Source of the DNA: an uncultured Bacteroidota bacterium
GTDB lineage: Bacteria > Bacteroidota > Bacteroidia > Bacteroidales > UBA10428
Assembly: GCA_963733535.1 (NCBI GenBank)
Contig: CAVTDR010000002.1
Coordinates: 593,678-657,677 of the forward strand
Length of the DNA: 64,000 nt
Direction: 5' to 3'
A program made the position numbers and the translations under genes. The notes under the pieces are model-generated. The model had not been told where the DNA came from, ran no database searches, and saw nothing but the letters and a program-made list of their open reading frames with translations. Below are positions 19,411-30,261 of this stretch, piece by piece. The number at the start of each line of letters is the position of its first letter. Within the stretch, counting starts at the first letter, position 1.

Positions 19411-20544
19411 CTATCCTTTGGCATCAAGTTTAAAATACATAATGATATCCTGTAACTGTGACGCAAGTTCATTTAGTTTATCTGAACCGTTAGCCATTTC
19501 CTCACTGGCCGACAAATTTTGCCGACTCACATTGTTTAACTGTTGTACTGCCGTATTTATCATTTTTGCACCAGCAGATTGTTCATGGCTGGCGGCCGTT
19601 ATTTCTTCGAGCATGCCCGTTGTTTTAACAATATCGGGTATTAAAGTATCTAGCAAATGACTGGAATTTTCTGTAATGCGAACACTTTCTGTTGCAAGTG
19701 AAACGATCTCTGCGGCAGCAATTTTGCTCCTTTCTGCAAGCTTTCTTACTTCAACGGCCACAACCGAAAATCCCCTACCCTGATCCCCAGCGCGGGCTGC
19801 TTCTACAGCAGCGTTTAAAGCAAGCAGATTGGTCTGAAAGGCAATGTCATTAATAATGCTGATTTTATCCGCAATTACCTGAATGGAATTCAAACTTTCT
19901 TTGGATGAACTACCTACTTTACGCACACTTTCTGACAAATGAGTGGATATCAAACCGGTTTGTTGGGCATTCTGTGTAGTCTGCTCGATATTTGCAGTCA
20001 TCTGTTCCATGGAAGTGGATACCGTTTCCACAGATGAAGATAATTCTGTTGCACTGGATGACAATTGCCGGGATACCAAATTCAGGTTCTTGCCTGATAG
20101 ATCCAGATTATTCACATTTTCACTAATCTGAGATACAACCTGCGTTAAATTATTTTTAATTTTCTCACCGGCACGAATCAACCTGCCCAAATCCTTTTTT
20201 TCGTCGATCGCAAAATTTTCGATCTCCACATTGAGGTTTCCTTCTGCCAACTCCTCGAGCTTTTCAACAACACTGGCAATGGGCCGCACTACCACAATGG
20301 AACCATAAAAGAAGCAGGCAACACTAACTAAGATATTTCCAGCGGTAAAAATCAAGCTTATTCCCGTCTGTCCATCAAAATACTTGTATTTTACTCCTAC
20401 AGAAACCATTATAAACAAGAGATTGATCATCCAGATGATACCTACCCGGATGAATACCGAGTTTTTATAAACTCTTTTTAGTAAAAATGCCGCAACAATA
20501 CTTGCTGCAACAAAGCTTATCAAGTTACTAATAATGAAATTCAT
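19411..20544 (-). CDS. Methyl-accepting chemotaxis protein
   Basis: About 3 TM helices, HAMP domain, signalling tip [36 protein letters not shown]. Confidence 0.93.
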   Translation of the reverse strand: MNFIISNLISFVAASIVAAFLLKRVYKNSVFIRVGIIWMINLLFIMVSVGVKYKYFDGQTGISLIFTAGNILVSVACFFYGSIVVVRPIASVVEKLEELAEGNLNVEIENFAIDEKKDLGRLIRAGEKIKNNLTQVVSQISENVNNLDLSGKNLNLVSRQLSSSATELSSSVETVSTSMEQMTANIEQTTQNAQQTGLISTHLSESVRKVGSSSKESLNSIQVIADKISIINDIAFQTNLLALNAAVEAARAGDQGRGFSVVAVEVRKLAERSKIAAAEIVSLATESVRITENSSHLLDTLIPDIVKTTGMLEEITAASHEQSAGAKMINTAVQQLNNVSRQNLSASEEMANGSDKLNELASQLQDIIMYFKLDAKG

Positions 20545-20742
20545 GGTTCAGTTGAAAAATTAGGGTGGCTAAATCTAAATACATAAATGTGCTTACGGAT
20601 AATCCTTTAAATTGGTTCCGATTCAAACCTCCCTTTTTACCCTTCCGCGACGAACCCGGATCTCAAAGCCGTCAATATTTAGGAATATAAAGTGTCACTG
20701 AGCACGCGGAGTGAAATCTTTACGAAGAACCGAAATGGTACG

Positions 20743-22527
20743 CTATCTTTCCTTCTTATAAATCCAAACGGTCAGCGGAAATAGAATGGCTGTTATCGCA
20801 ACTGAAGCACCCAAGGCTTTCAGAATTAACGGAAGTGATGCATTTTTTGCAAGCAGTCCCCGCACAGCATCCACCTGCCACGCAAGCGGGTTATATGAAA
20901 TAAACGACTGAAGCCAACCTGGCATGGTAGCCGGTTCGGCAAATATATTTGACATGAATACCAGAGGCATGAGAATGATCCATCCAAACGACATTACCGC
21001 AGATACACTGCGCATGACCAGTCCCATGATGATAAAGAAAAATGAAATACTCATGGCAAACAGAATCATAATGGCAAAGGAGCCGGTTATAGCGCCAATT
21101 CCGGCTTCCGTCCTAAATCCGAGAATAAATCCGAAAAGGAACACCAGACTTCCCGATACCAGATGCCGGAAAAAATCACCTATAAATATGCCCGAAAGCG
21201 GAGCCGGTAACCAGATGGGCATGGACCGGAACCGGTCGAATATGCCTTTGGAAATATCATTGTTAATATTTATGCCGGCATACATGCTGTTAAAAGTCAG
21301 GGTCTGAACCAGAATACCCGGAATGAAAAATTGTAAGTAAGCTTTAGTAGATCCTGCCAATGCCCCTCCAAAAATAAAAGTAAACATAAAGGTGAACATC
21401 ACCGGCGTTATCAAAGCATCAAAAAATTGCTCCGGTATGTGTTTTATTTTTATCAGATTTCTCCACCCAAACATCATTTTGTTACCCAAAAAACCCGATT
21501 TGTGATCTGGCATGGAATGTTCCAGTACTTGTGAGACAGAAATGTTCAATGGTTCTGCTTCTTCAGATTCCGTGTCGCCTTCGGTATCAGAATTTTCTTT
21601 ATGTGGCTTACCGGTTAAGGATAAAAACACTTCATTCAGATCGGGCCGCGATAAGTTGAAGGAAGAAACCGGAATCTGGTTTTTTTCGAGCTGGTCTAAA
21701 ATAGCAACGGCCTGCTTTTGTCCCTCTACCTGAAAGGAAAGCTTCTTTTGCTCATTGACAAAAGATCCTGCAATAGCTTCCACCTTTTTTAACACCTTGT
21801 CCAGATGGGCAGGACTCACACCGTCGAGATGGACATGCAGGAGATTGTTGCCTACAGAAGCTTTTAGTTCGTTACTGGTTCCTTCCTTGATGACCCGACC
21901 ATGATCGATTACTGTAATTTTATCTGCCAGTTGTTCCGCTTCATCCAGATATTGTGTAGTAAGAAGAATGGTGGTTCCCTTTTTGGCCAGATTCCGGATA
22001 ATGGTCCAAAGCGCATTCCTGCTTCGTGGATCCAGTCCGGTAGTTGGTTCATCCAGAAACAGCACATCTGTTATTTTAACAATGCTGGCTGCTATATCCA
22101 GCCTGCGTCGCATTCCGCCCGAAAAATCCTTCACAAGTTTGCCCGCCGCCTCTTTTAAATCAAAAGCCTGTAATAGTTCATTGGCGCGCTGTCGGGCCTC
22201 TCTGGCGGGGAATTTCAACAGGCGGGCAATCAGATATAAATTTTCATAACCGGTAAGTTCTTCATCCATGGAAGCACTCTGTCCGGTAAGGCTGATGCAT
22301 TCCCTCACTTTACCGGGTTCATCTGTAACGCTGTGTGTGGATATTGTAACACTACCGGAATCCGCCTTAAGCAATGTAGACATGATTTTGATAAGGGTGG
22401 TTTTACCTGAACCATTGGGTCCCAGAATGGCATGTATGGATCCTTTCTGAATACGCAAATCAATACCTTCCAAAACAACTTTTTTTCCAAACGATTTCCG
22501 GATACCAGAAGCTTCAATAGCAATCAT
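20743..22527 (-). CDS. DrrA-type ABC ATPase fused to DrrB-type ABC-2 permease
   Basis: GPNGSGKT, FSGGMRRR, LFLDEPTTGLDP, acidic linker, then a 6-TM ABC-2 domain (GIFDRFRSMP, MSNIF...MPGWLQ). Confidence 0.9.
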   Translation of the reverse strand: MIAIEASGIRKSFGKKVVLEGIDLRIQKGSIHAILGPNGSGKTTLIKIMSTLLKADSGSVTISTHSVTDEPGKVRECISLTGQSASMDEELTGYENLYLIARLLKFPAREARQRANELLQAFDLKEAAGKLVKDFSGGMRRRLDIAASIVKITDVLFLDEPTTGLDPRSRNALWTIIRNLAKKGTTILLTTQYLDEAEQLADKITVIDHGRVIKEGTSNELKASVGNNLLHVHLDGVSPAHLDKVLKKVEAIAGSFVNEQKKLSFQVEGQKQAVAILDQLEKNQIPVSSFNLSRPDLNEVFLSLTGKPHKENSDTEGDTESEEAEPLNISVSQVLEHSMPDHKSGFLGNKMMFGWRNLIKIKHIPEQFFDALITPVMFTFMFTFIFGGALAGSTKAYLQFFIPGILVQTLTFNSMYAGININNDISKGIFDRFRSMPIWLPAPLSGIFIGDFFRHLVSGSLVFLFGFILGFRTEAGIGAITGSFAIMILFAMSISFFFIIMGLVMRSVSAVMSFGWIILMPLVFMSNIFAEPATMPGWLQSFISYNPLAWQVDAVRGLLAKNASLPLILKALGASVAITAILFPLTVWIYKKER

Positions 22528-22688
22528 AAACTAAAAATTATTGGTTCATTTTAGGGCAACAGCGATCCTTAAAAAGAGTTTTATTTTGAAAATAAAATTA
22601 TGCAAAAAATACAAGGATGGAAGAATGGAGTGTGCCTTTAAACATATTCTCCCTTAAGTTGCTTTATAATTATGGCTAAACAATATTC

Positions 22689-24170
22689 ATGCATCTGACA
22701 TCAGAAAACATATTGCTGGTTGGTGCCGTCTTACTGTTTATTTCGCTGCTGGCAGGGAAAACTTCATTTCATTTAGGAATTCCGGTTTTGGTATTGTTTG
22801 TGGCTATTGGAATACTTGCAGGATCTGAAGGAATAGGAGGTATATACTTTGACAGTCCCCGAATCGCACAGTTTATTGGCATTGTAGCTTTAAACTTTAT
22901 ATTATTTTCGGGCGGACTCGATACCAGCTGGCAATCCGTAAAGCCCATCCTGTGGCAAGGCATAACGCTGTCTACTATTGGCGTATTAATTACAGCAATA
23001 TCACTTGGAACGTTCGTTTGGGCAGTCACCGATTTCACCATTTACGAAGGATTATTGTTGGGATCCATTGTATCCTCCACCGACTCGGCAGCAGTATTCT
23101 CCATATTGCGATCCAAAAGTCTTGCCTTAAAGGGCAATCTGCGTCCCGTTCTTGAATTGGAAAGCGGCAGCAACGATCCCATGGCTTATGTGCTGACCAT
23201 TATGTTCACCGGTTTGGTGGTAAATCAGGATTCCAGTATTTTACACTCACTTCCATTGCTGTTACAGCAGCTTATCCTGGGAGGCATCATGGGATATTTA
23301 TTTGGAAAAATCGGAAAATGGGTTATTAATAATATCCGGCTTGAATATGAAGGATTATACATAGTTCTGATGATTGCGATGATGTTGTTTGTATTCTCGG
23401 CCACTACATTTTCAGGAGGAAACGGTTTTCTGGCCCTTTATGTTTGTGCCATTTATCTGGGCAATCAAAATCTGGTTCATAAAAAGAAAATCGTAAAGTC
23501 GTTTGACAGTTTTGCATGGCTGATGCAGATTGTGCTTTTTCTGACGCTGGGATTGCTGGTATTCCCAAGCAAAATTGTGCCGGTGATAGGCATTGGACTG
23601 TTAATTTCTGCCTTTCTCATAGTTGTTGCGCGGCCAGTAAGTGTATGGATAAGTCTTTTTTTATTTAAGGTAAAATCCAGAAGCCGCTGGTTTATTTCCT
23701 GGGTTGGCTTGCGGGGAGCAGTACCCATTGTATTTGCCACATATCCGTTACTGGCTGGTGCCGAAAAAGCCGATATGATCTTTAATATTGTTTTTTTCGT
23801 GTCATTGACGTCGGTATTGATCCAGGGAACAACCCTGCCAGTGGTGGCAAAATGGCTTCATATCATACTGCCAGCGCGGGCAAAACACAGGCAGGAAACA
23901 GATGTAAACTGGAACGATTATGAAAGGTCAGCCTTCAGGGAAGTATTGGTGTCACCTGAAGGAAATGCTGCAAAAAAACCACTGGTGGATTTGAATATTC
24001 CAAAAAGCATTTTGATATCGTTTATTCAAAGAAATCATAAATTCTTTATGCCGGACGGATTAACCATATTGCAGCCAAACGACAAGCTATATGTGCTGCT
24101 GGAAAAGGGTGAGGATGTAGAAAAACTTCATCAGGCGCTGCATGCACATCCTGAAACTGAAGAAGCATAA
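22689..24170 (+). CDS. cvrA: K+/H+ antiporter NhaP2/CvrA
   Basis: SSTDSAAVFS, LELESGSNDP, SWVGLRGAVPI, C-terminal TrkA-C domain. Confidence 0.9.
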   Translation: MHLTSENILLVGAVLLFISLLAGKTSFHLGIPVLVLFVAIGILAGSEGIGGIYFDSPRIAQFIGIVALNFILFSGGLDTSWQSVKPILWQGITLSTIGVLITAISLGTFVWAVTDFTIYEGLLLGSIVSSTDSAAVFSILRSKSLALKGNLRPVLELESGSNDPMAYVLTIMFTGLVVNQDSSILHSLPLLLQQLILGGIMGYLFGKIGKWVINNIRLEYEGLYIVLMIAMMLFVFSATTFSGGNGFLALYVCAIYLGNQNLVHKKKIVKSFDSFAWLMQIVLFLTLGLLVFPSKIVPVIGIGLLISAFLIVVARPVSVWISLFLFKVKSRSRWFISWVGLRGAVPIVFATYPLLAGAEKADMIFNIVFFVSLTSVLIQGTTLPVVAKWLHIILPARAKHRQETDVNWNDYERSAFREVLVSPEGNAAKKPLVDLNIPKSILISFIQRNHKFFMPDGLTILQPNDKLYVLLEKGEDVEKLHQALHAHPETEEA

Positions 24171-24197
24171 ATCGCGGTAAATGCCAACCGCAAAGGG

Positions 24198-25556
24198 CTA
24201 TATCGGAAATTTCAATGTAAAAGTGGTTCCCTTGTTTACCGACGAATTTACAGTGATGGCTCCTTTGTGATTTTGCATGATCTGTTTGGATAAACTCAAT
24301 CCAATACCGGATCCATAATCCTTTGTGGTAAAAAAAGGAACAAAGATTTGATCCATGATATCCTCCGGAATTCCGCTGCCATTATCATGAACCTGTATAA
24401 AAATATTTTCATGGTCTGAGGATGCTTTCAAGGTTATGCTGCCTTTGGAGATATCGGCCAGCGCTTCCTGCGCATTTTTAACCAAATTGATAAGTATTTG
24501 CTCTATCTGGCTGTAATCCGCTTTTAATGACAGATTCACCGGGTGAATATCTGTTGAGATACGAACATTACGAGGTAAACCAGGTTCCAGCAATAGTTTA
24601 CAATGGAAGAACAACTCATCCAGGGTAAAAGTCTTTAGTACCGGATCGGGTAATAAAGTAAGACTCCTGTATTTGTCTACAAAATCAAGGAGTCCTTTAC
24701 CTGTTTCTTCAATGGTATTCAATCCGGCAAGTGTTTTTTGTATGATTTTATGATCGATTTTTTCCGGATCGATTGGGCCGGCGTTTTTGCCGTCTTTAAA
24801 ATAAGCTGAAATCACAGAAGTTAAAGATGTAACAGGACTTATGGAATTCATAATTTCATGCGTTAACACGCGAATAATTTTATGCCATGAATCGAGTTCC
24901 TTTTTATCCAGTTCCTGGGTAATATCATCTAATGAAACCAGTTTGATCACTTTGCTTTCAAATTTCATTGCCACCGCTTTAATCAGAATCTGCCGAAGGT
25001 CAACCTGTCCCTTACTTTTATAAAGAATCTCCTGTCCGGGATTAATGTTACCCGCTATATGTTGAAATTCATGATATGATTTTCCAAAGTCTGCAGTAGG
25101 TTGCAACAAGTGAAAATATTTTTTTGCCGCCTTATTGTATAGTTCAATGTGCCCCTCCGCATCAAAAGTTAAAAGTCCAACATCTACATGATCCATCATG
25201 CACTGTAAAAATTGTTTGGAACGTTCGTTCTCGATTTTTGCGTTTTGCATGAGCCGGTTCATCTCATTCAACCTTTCATATAATTTATGAAATGTACGAT
25301 TTGTAATAGGTTCGGTGAACCTGACAGAGGTATCATGATCCATTACGGATGATAAAAATTTCTCAAGATCTGCATTGGTTTTATTTACCTTTTTAATCAG
25401 CAACATGGTTTGTAACCCAATGAAGATAATCATCCCACAGAGTGTATAATAGTATCCGTGTTCCAGGTTTTGAATGACAATACCTGTGAATATCGCCGAG
25501 ATTACAATGAACAGTACCCGGATTACGATATGGAAATAGAAATTTTTTAATAACAT
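24198..25556 (-). CDS. Sensor histidine kinase (NtrY-like)
   Basis: H-box HEIMNS, N-box NLVKNA, DNGSGI, FFTTK, GSGIGL. Confidence 0.92.
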   Translation of the reverse strand: MLLKNFYFHIVIRVLFIVISAIFTGIVIQNLEHGYYYTLCGMIIFIGLQTMLLIKKVNKTNADLEKFLSSVMDHDTSVRFTEPITNRTFHKLYERLNEMNRLMQNAKIENERSKQFLQCMMDHVDVGLLTFDAEGHIELYNKAAKKYFHLLQPTADFGKSYHEFQHIAGNINPGQEILYKSKGQVDLRQILIKAVAMKFESKVIKLVSLDDITQELDKKELDSWHKIIRVLTHEIMNSISPVTSLTSVISAYFKDGKNAGPIDPEKIDHKIIQKTLAGLNTIEETGKGLLDFVDKYRSLTLLPDPVLKTFTLDELFFHCKLLLEPGLPRNVRISTDIHPVNLSLKADYSQIEQILINLVKNAQEALADISKGSITLKASSDHENIFIQVHDNGSGIPEDIMDQIFVPFFTTKDYGSGIGLSLSKQIMQNHKGAITVNSSVNKGTTFTLKFPI

Positions 25557-25567
25557 GCCCGTGCGTT

Positions 25568-26926
25568 TTACAGATTGTATTTTTGCATTTTATTGTACAT
25601 TGTCTGGCGTGCCAATCCTAATTCTTTTGAAGCTTTTAAAACGTTACCATTATGATTGATGAGCGCATTCTGAATGGCCTGCTTTTCAATTTCTGCATAT
25701 GTGATCGGAATTTGCTGAGAAGTCGGCCTGGTGTAAAAGATACTGAAATCTTCAGGTTTTAAAATATCAGAATCCGACAATATAACGGCCTTTTCAATGG
25801 TATGACGCAGTTCACGTACATTTCCCGGCCAGTGATACTTCATTAACTTATCAATGGCTCTGGTATTGAATCGAAGCGAATGCTTGCCATATTTTTGCGC
25901 ATATTCTTTGAGAAAGTGTTCTGCAAGCAAAATCATGTCTTCTCCCCGGTCTCTTAAAGGCGGTATTTCAATCACAATCGTATTGATGCGGTAATATAGG
26001 TCTTCCCGAAATATACCCTGTGAAACCATTTCCTGAAGGTTCTTATTGGTGGCACAAATCAATCGGGTATCAAAAGGAACAGGCGTGCTGGAACCCACTT
26101 TATAAATTACACGATTCTGAATGGCAGTCAGTAGTTTTGCCTGCATGGAAAGCGAAAGATTTCCAATTTCGTCAAGGAACAGGGTTCCCCCGGAAGCAGT
26201 TTCCATCCATCCGGTTTTATCTTCGCGTGCATCTGTAAATGCACCACGGATATGTCCGAATAGCTCACTTTCGAAAAGCGTTTCAGCAATTGTTCCCATA
26301 TCCAGACTGATGAATGCTTCTTCTGCTCGGGGTGACCGGTTATGAATTTCTTTCACTACCAGTTCCTTTCCTGTTCCGTTTTCTCCAACAACAAGTACAT
26401 TGGCATCCGTTCGGGCAACCTTGCTTACAATCCGCAACACATTTTCCATGGCGGGTGATTTGCCGAGCAAGGACCCATACTGATTCAGGATTCCACGGTT
26501 TATCTGTTTTTGTTTTTCCCGAAGCTTCCTGTTTTCCATTTTGGATTGCCTCAACTGAAAGGCCGCCTGCAGGGAAGCAATCAGTTTACTATTGTCCCAT
26601 GGTTTTACTATAAAATCTGTTGCCCCTTCTTTAATTGCACGTACGGCAAGGTTTACCTCTGCATAGGCGGTAATCATGACAACAACTGCCAAAGGATCCA
26701 ACTTCAGAATAATGTTCAACCAGTAAATTCCTTCATTGCCGGTGTTAATACCTGCAGAAAAATTCATGTCCAGCAATATTACATCCGGAACTTCTTTTTT
26801 CATCAGAGCAGGTATCTGGTTTGGAGTGGATAGCCCGACTAACTTTTCAAATTCCGGCTCAAGAAGCTGAACCAGCGCTTTAAGAACCGATTTGTGATCA
26901 TCAACAATGAGTAAATTGCCTTTCAT
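25568..26926 (-). CDS. Sigma-54-dependent response regulator (REC-AAA+-HTH)
   Basis: LLDMNF, GENGTGKE, GAFTDA, WPGNVREL, Fis-type HTH. Start set at MKGNL (26926). Confidence 0.93.
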   Translation of the reverse strand: MKGNLLIVDDHKSVLKALVQLLEPEFEKLVGLSTPNQIPALMKKEVPDVILLDMNFSAGINTGNEGIYWLNIILKLDPLAVVVMITAYAEVNLAVRAIKEGATDFIVKPWDNSKLIASLQAAFQLRQSKMENRKLREKQKQINRGILNQYGSLLGKSPAMENVLRIVSKVARTDANVLVVGENGTGKELVVKEIHNRSPRAEEAFISLDMGTIAETLFESELFGHIRGAFTDAREDKTGWMETASGGTLFLDEIGNLSLSMQAKLLTAIQNRVIYKVGSSTPVPFDTRLICATNKNLQEMVSQGIFREDLYYRINTIVIEIPPLRDRGEDMILLAEHFLKEYAQKYGKHSLRFNTRAIDKLMKYHWPGNVRELRHTIEKAVILSDSDILKPEDFSIFYTRPTSQQIPITYAEIEKQAIQNALINHNGNVLKASKELGLARQTMYNKMQKYNL

Positions 26927-26928
26927 GC

Positions 26929-27046
26929 TGTCTAATATATGGACATTTTTTGTCTTTTTTTTAGACAAATATAGAAATATTTTCAAAATCATTATTCATA
27001 ATTCGTTAAATGACAGAGATATCAATAAATAGGCATATAAATTGAA
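26929..27046 (+). promoter_or_regulatory. Tandem TGTC-N9-GACA activator sites and putative sigma-54 promoter for the ABC operon
   Basis: TGTCTAATATATGGACA (26929-26945), TGTCTTTTTTTTAGACA (26951-26967), AGGCATATAAATTGAA (27031-27046, GG-N10-GA). Confidence 0.65.
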
Positions 27047-27073
27047 TTTGGATGAAAACCAAATTTTCATTTT

Positions 27074-27757
27074 ATGATCAAGACAAAATTCCTATCAAAA
27101 ATTTTCCAGACTGATGAAGTGGAGACAAGAGCACTCAATCAGGTTGACCTGAGTATCAGCAAAGGAGAATTTGTTGCAGTAATGGGGCCCTCAGGTTGTG
27201 GTAAATCAACGTTGCTGCATATTATCGGTTTACTCGACACCCCTTCAGAAGGGCAATATTTTTTTATGGACAAAGACGTATCAGGTTCTTCCGAAGGAAG
27301 GTTAACCGAAATTCGGAGAGGAAATATTGGCTTTGTATTTCAGAGTTTCAATCTCATTGATGAGCTAACCGTATTTGAAAATATTGAATTACCGCTTTTG
27401 TATCTCCGTATGACGTCACGGGAAAGAAAGGATAAAGCCAATGAGGTTCTTGAAAAGATGCAGATATCCCACCGTAAAAATCATTTTCCACGGCAATTAT
27501 CGGGTGGTCAGCAGCAACGGGTGGCAATAGCAAGGGCAGTCGTAACAAATCCGCCACTTCTGCTTGCCGATGAACCCACAGGAAATCTTGATTCTGAAAG
27601 AGGTGAAGAAGTAATTGCATTATTGGAAGAACTCAACAGCATGGGAACAACCATAATGATGGTAACCCATTCTGCAAGCTATGCCCAAAGGGCACATCGG
27701 ATGATTCACTTAATCGATGGAAATATTGTAACCGAAAATATTAAAAAGAAATTATAG
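27074..27757 (+). CDS. ABC transporter ATPase (MacB/LolD type)
   Basis: GPSGCGKS, LSGGQQQRVAIARA, ADEPTGNLD. Confidence 0.93.
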   Translation: MIKTKFLSKIFQTDEVETRALNQVDLSISKGEFVAVMGPSGCGKSTLLHIIGLLDTPSEGQYFFMDKDVSGSSEGRLTEIRRGNIGFVFQSFNLIDELTVFENIELPLLYLRMTSRERKDKANEVLEKMQISHRKNHFPRQLSGGQQQRVAIARAVVTNPPLLLADEPTGNLDSERGEEVIALLEELNSMGTTIMMVTHSASYAQRAHRMIHLIDGNIVTENIKKKL

Positions 27758-27788
27758 TATTCTTCTTATTTCATTAACTTTTGTGATT

Positions 27789-30137
27789 ATGATCAGCAAT
27801 TATTTCAGAACAGCACTTCGCAATGTACAAAGACATCCTGTTCACACACTTCTCAATTTGGGAGGGTTATCTATAGGTATGGCGTGTGCCATATTAATCC
27901 TTCTATGGGTTCAGGACGAATGGAGTTACGACAGGCATATCAAAAATGCGGATGATATATACCGGGTTATTGAAAACGAAAACCCGGTGGATAAGGCGTC
28001 CATGATTGTACCTGTACCTGGTGCGCTGGCATCGGGATTAAAAGAACAATATCCTGAAATCATACGGTCTGCACGCTATATTCCAGAAATTCCATTAACC
28101 CTTCAAAAAGGTCAGGAATTTATAGAGGAAAAAGTGGCTGTAGCTGATGCCCATTTTCTGAAAATATTCGACATCTGTTTACTTGAAGGAGATATCCAAA
28201 CCGCTTTAAGCGATCCACACAATATTATACTCACAGAAGAAACAGCCAGAAAATTTTTCGGCAATGTGGCGGTTGTGGGTAAAACGATTCCATCCAGGGG
28301 TTTTGACATGAAAGTCACCGGTGTCATTAAAGATAATCCCAATCACAGTCACATTCAGTTCAAATATCTGGTTTCTCTTCTATTATTAGAGGAATTTGGC
28401 GGGAATACAGACGGATGGAATGAACGGTTTCATGTTTATGTGCAACTTAGAGAAGGTGTGTCGGTCTATTCGATGAATGAAAAGATAAAAGATTTTGTAA
28501 AAATCCATGTGAATGGATCATCCTCAGAGATATTTCTTCAGAATATTCAGAAGATTCATTTATTCTCTGCAAATAAATATGCTTATGATGTTAGCGGAAA
28601 CGGAGACATTCAGTATGTAAGAATTCTCGGATGGGTAGCTATTTTTATTCTTTTGATTGCCTGTATCAACTTCATGAATCTGTCCACAGCCCAATCGTCC
28701 ATGCGGGCGAAGGAAATCGGGGTTCGTAAGCTTGCGGGTGCCGGAAGAAAAAAGCTGATCTTTCAGTTTATGGGAGAATCACTGATTATTGTTCTGGTGG
28801 CGCATATCCTGTCCATGATCCTGGTAGAACTATTATTGCCGGCGTTTAACCATCTTTCAGGAAAAGATCTTGTTGTACATTATGGAAGCATGAGATTGTA
28901 CGCAAGTTTATTGTCTGTAATAATCTTATGCGGATTGTTAGCCGGAAGTTATCCGGCGCTATTTTTATCTTCTTTAAAGCCACTGCAGATATTCAAAGGA
29001 ATTTATACGGAAAGTGCAGGGAATATAAAATTCCGCCGATACCTTGTTATTTTTCAGTTCACTTTGTCTGTTGCCCTCATCATTTGTACAATTACAGTAG
29101 GAAAGCAGCTTCATTATATGCAAAGTAAAAATCCGGGGTTCAATAGAAATCATATGGGATATTTTATGTTTCCGACGCGACCCGGAGATCCCCGACTTGA
29201 ATCGATAAAGAGAGAACTTGAGGAACGTCCCGAAATAACGGACGTTACAAAAGGACATAACCCTATAAATTTCGCGAATGCGATAAACGGCTTTAATTGG
29301 GTGGGTAAAGAGCAGGAGCATGATATGCCCATATATTTTCTGGATGTGGATGCAGATTATGCCAAAACATTTCAGATGGTAATGCAAAGGGGGCGGTTTT
29401 TCTCATCTGCTTTTCCCACTGATTCGTTCGCTGTAGTAATTAATGAGCAGGCAGCCTCCCTGCTTGCATTTAATAATCCCCTTGGAGAAAAAATCACAAC
29501 ACCATGGGGTGCTACATTTGATATCATTGGTATAGTAAAAGATTTTCACTTCAAATCGTTGCATTACAAAATAGAACCTTTGATCATGCATATCAGTCCG
29601 TCCAATACCTTCTTTATTCGTATGAAAGCCGGAGATAACACCGCCATGCTTGAATCGGTTAACAATATCTTTCAATCTTATAATCCGGGGTTGCCACTGG
29701 ATTTTCATTTCATGGACAGTGATTTTGAAGGCCAATATCAAACTGAACGAAAAATGAGAAAAATATTCTTGTGTTTTTCCCTATTGGCAGTTTTAATATC
29801 CTGTTTGGGACTGATCGGACTTTCCTCGTTCATGACAGAGCGAAGGACGAAAGAAATCGGGATCCGTAAGGCAAACGGGGCAAAGTCGAGCCAGATTTTC
29901 TTGCTTTTGTCGAAACAATATATGCTCTGGATACTCATTTCAATTATGGTTGCAAGTCCGGTTGCCTGGTATTTCATGCATAAATGGCTTCGCAATTTTG
30001 CGTACAGAACAGAGATGGGGATTCAGATTTTTTTGTGGGCCGGGGCAATGGCAATGGTGATCGCTTTTGCCACTGTAGGTTTCAAATCGTATCAATCTGC
30101 TGCAAAGAATCCGGTGAAGGCTTTACGCTATGAATAG
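27789..30137 (+). CDS. ABC permease, duplicated MacB/FtsX type
   Basis: IACINFMNL, RAKEIGVRK, RTKEIGIRK, NPVKALRYE. Confidence 0.92.
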   Translation: MISNYFRTALRNVQRHPVHTLLNLGGLSIGMACAILILLWVQDEWSYDRHIKNADDIYRVIENENPVDKASMIVPVPGALASGLKEQYPEIIRSARYIPEIPLTLQKGQEFIEEKVAVADAHFLKIFDICLLEGDIQTALSDPHNIILTEETARKFFGNVAVVGKTIPSRGFDMKVTGVIKDNPNHSHIQFKYLVSLLLLEEFGGNTDGWNERFHVYVQLREGVSVYSMNEKIKDFVKIHVNGSSSEIFLQNIQKIHLFSANKYAYDVSGNGDIQYVRILGWVAIFILLIACINFMNLSTAQSSMRAKEIGVRKLAGAGRKKLIFQFMGESLIIVLVAHILSMILVELLLPAFNHLSGKDLVVHYGSMRLYASLLSVIILCGLLAGSYPALFLSSLKPLQIFKGIYTESAGNIKFRRYLVIFQFTLSVALIICTITVGKQLHYMQSKNPGFNRNHMGYFMFPTRPGDPRLESIKRELEERPEITDVTKGHNPINFANAINGFNWVGKEQEHDMPIYFLDVDADYAKTFQMVMQRGRFFSSAFPTDSFAVVINEQAASLLAFNNPLGEKITTPWGATFDIIGIVKDFHFKSLHYKIEPLIMHISPSNTFFIRMKAGDNTAMLESVNNIFQSYNPGLPLDFHFMDSDFEGQYQTERKMRKIFLCFSLLAVLISCLGLIGLSSFMTERRTKEIGIRKANGAKSSQIFLLLSKQYMLWILISIMVASPVAWYFMHKWLRNFAYRTEMGIQIFLWAGAMAMVIAFATVGFKSYQSAAKNPVKALRYE

Positions 30138-30206
30138 CCCGCATCGCTTGCTGAGTCGATAATTGCTTAATTTTTTCATTTTTTTTTCTTTGTTAAGCAA
30201 AAATTA

Positions 30207-30214
30207 TATCTTTG
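30207..30214 (+). promoter_or_regulatory. Bacteroidota -7 promoter element for the tRNA
   Basis: TATCTTTG matches TAnnTTTG, about 50 bp upstream of the tRNA. Confidence 0.65.
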
Positions 30215-30261
30215 CGCACTCTAAAAGATACACCGGATATATTTATGTATCGGTGGTCTAT

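Noticed and set aside
20545-20742. c-di-GMP or other riboswitch upstream of the MCP gene
   Set aside because: No recognisable aptamer motifs; only a weak REP-like stretch (TGTCACTGAGCACGCGGAGTGAAATC).
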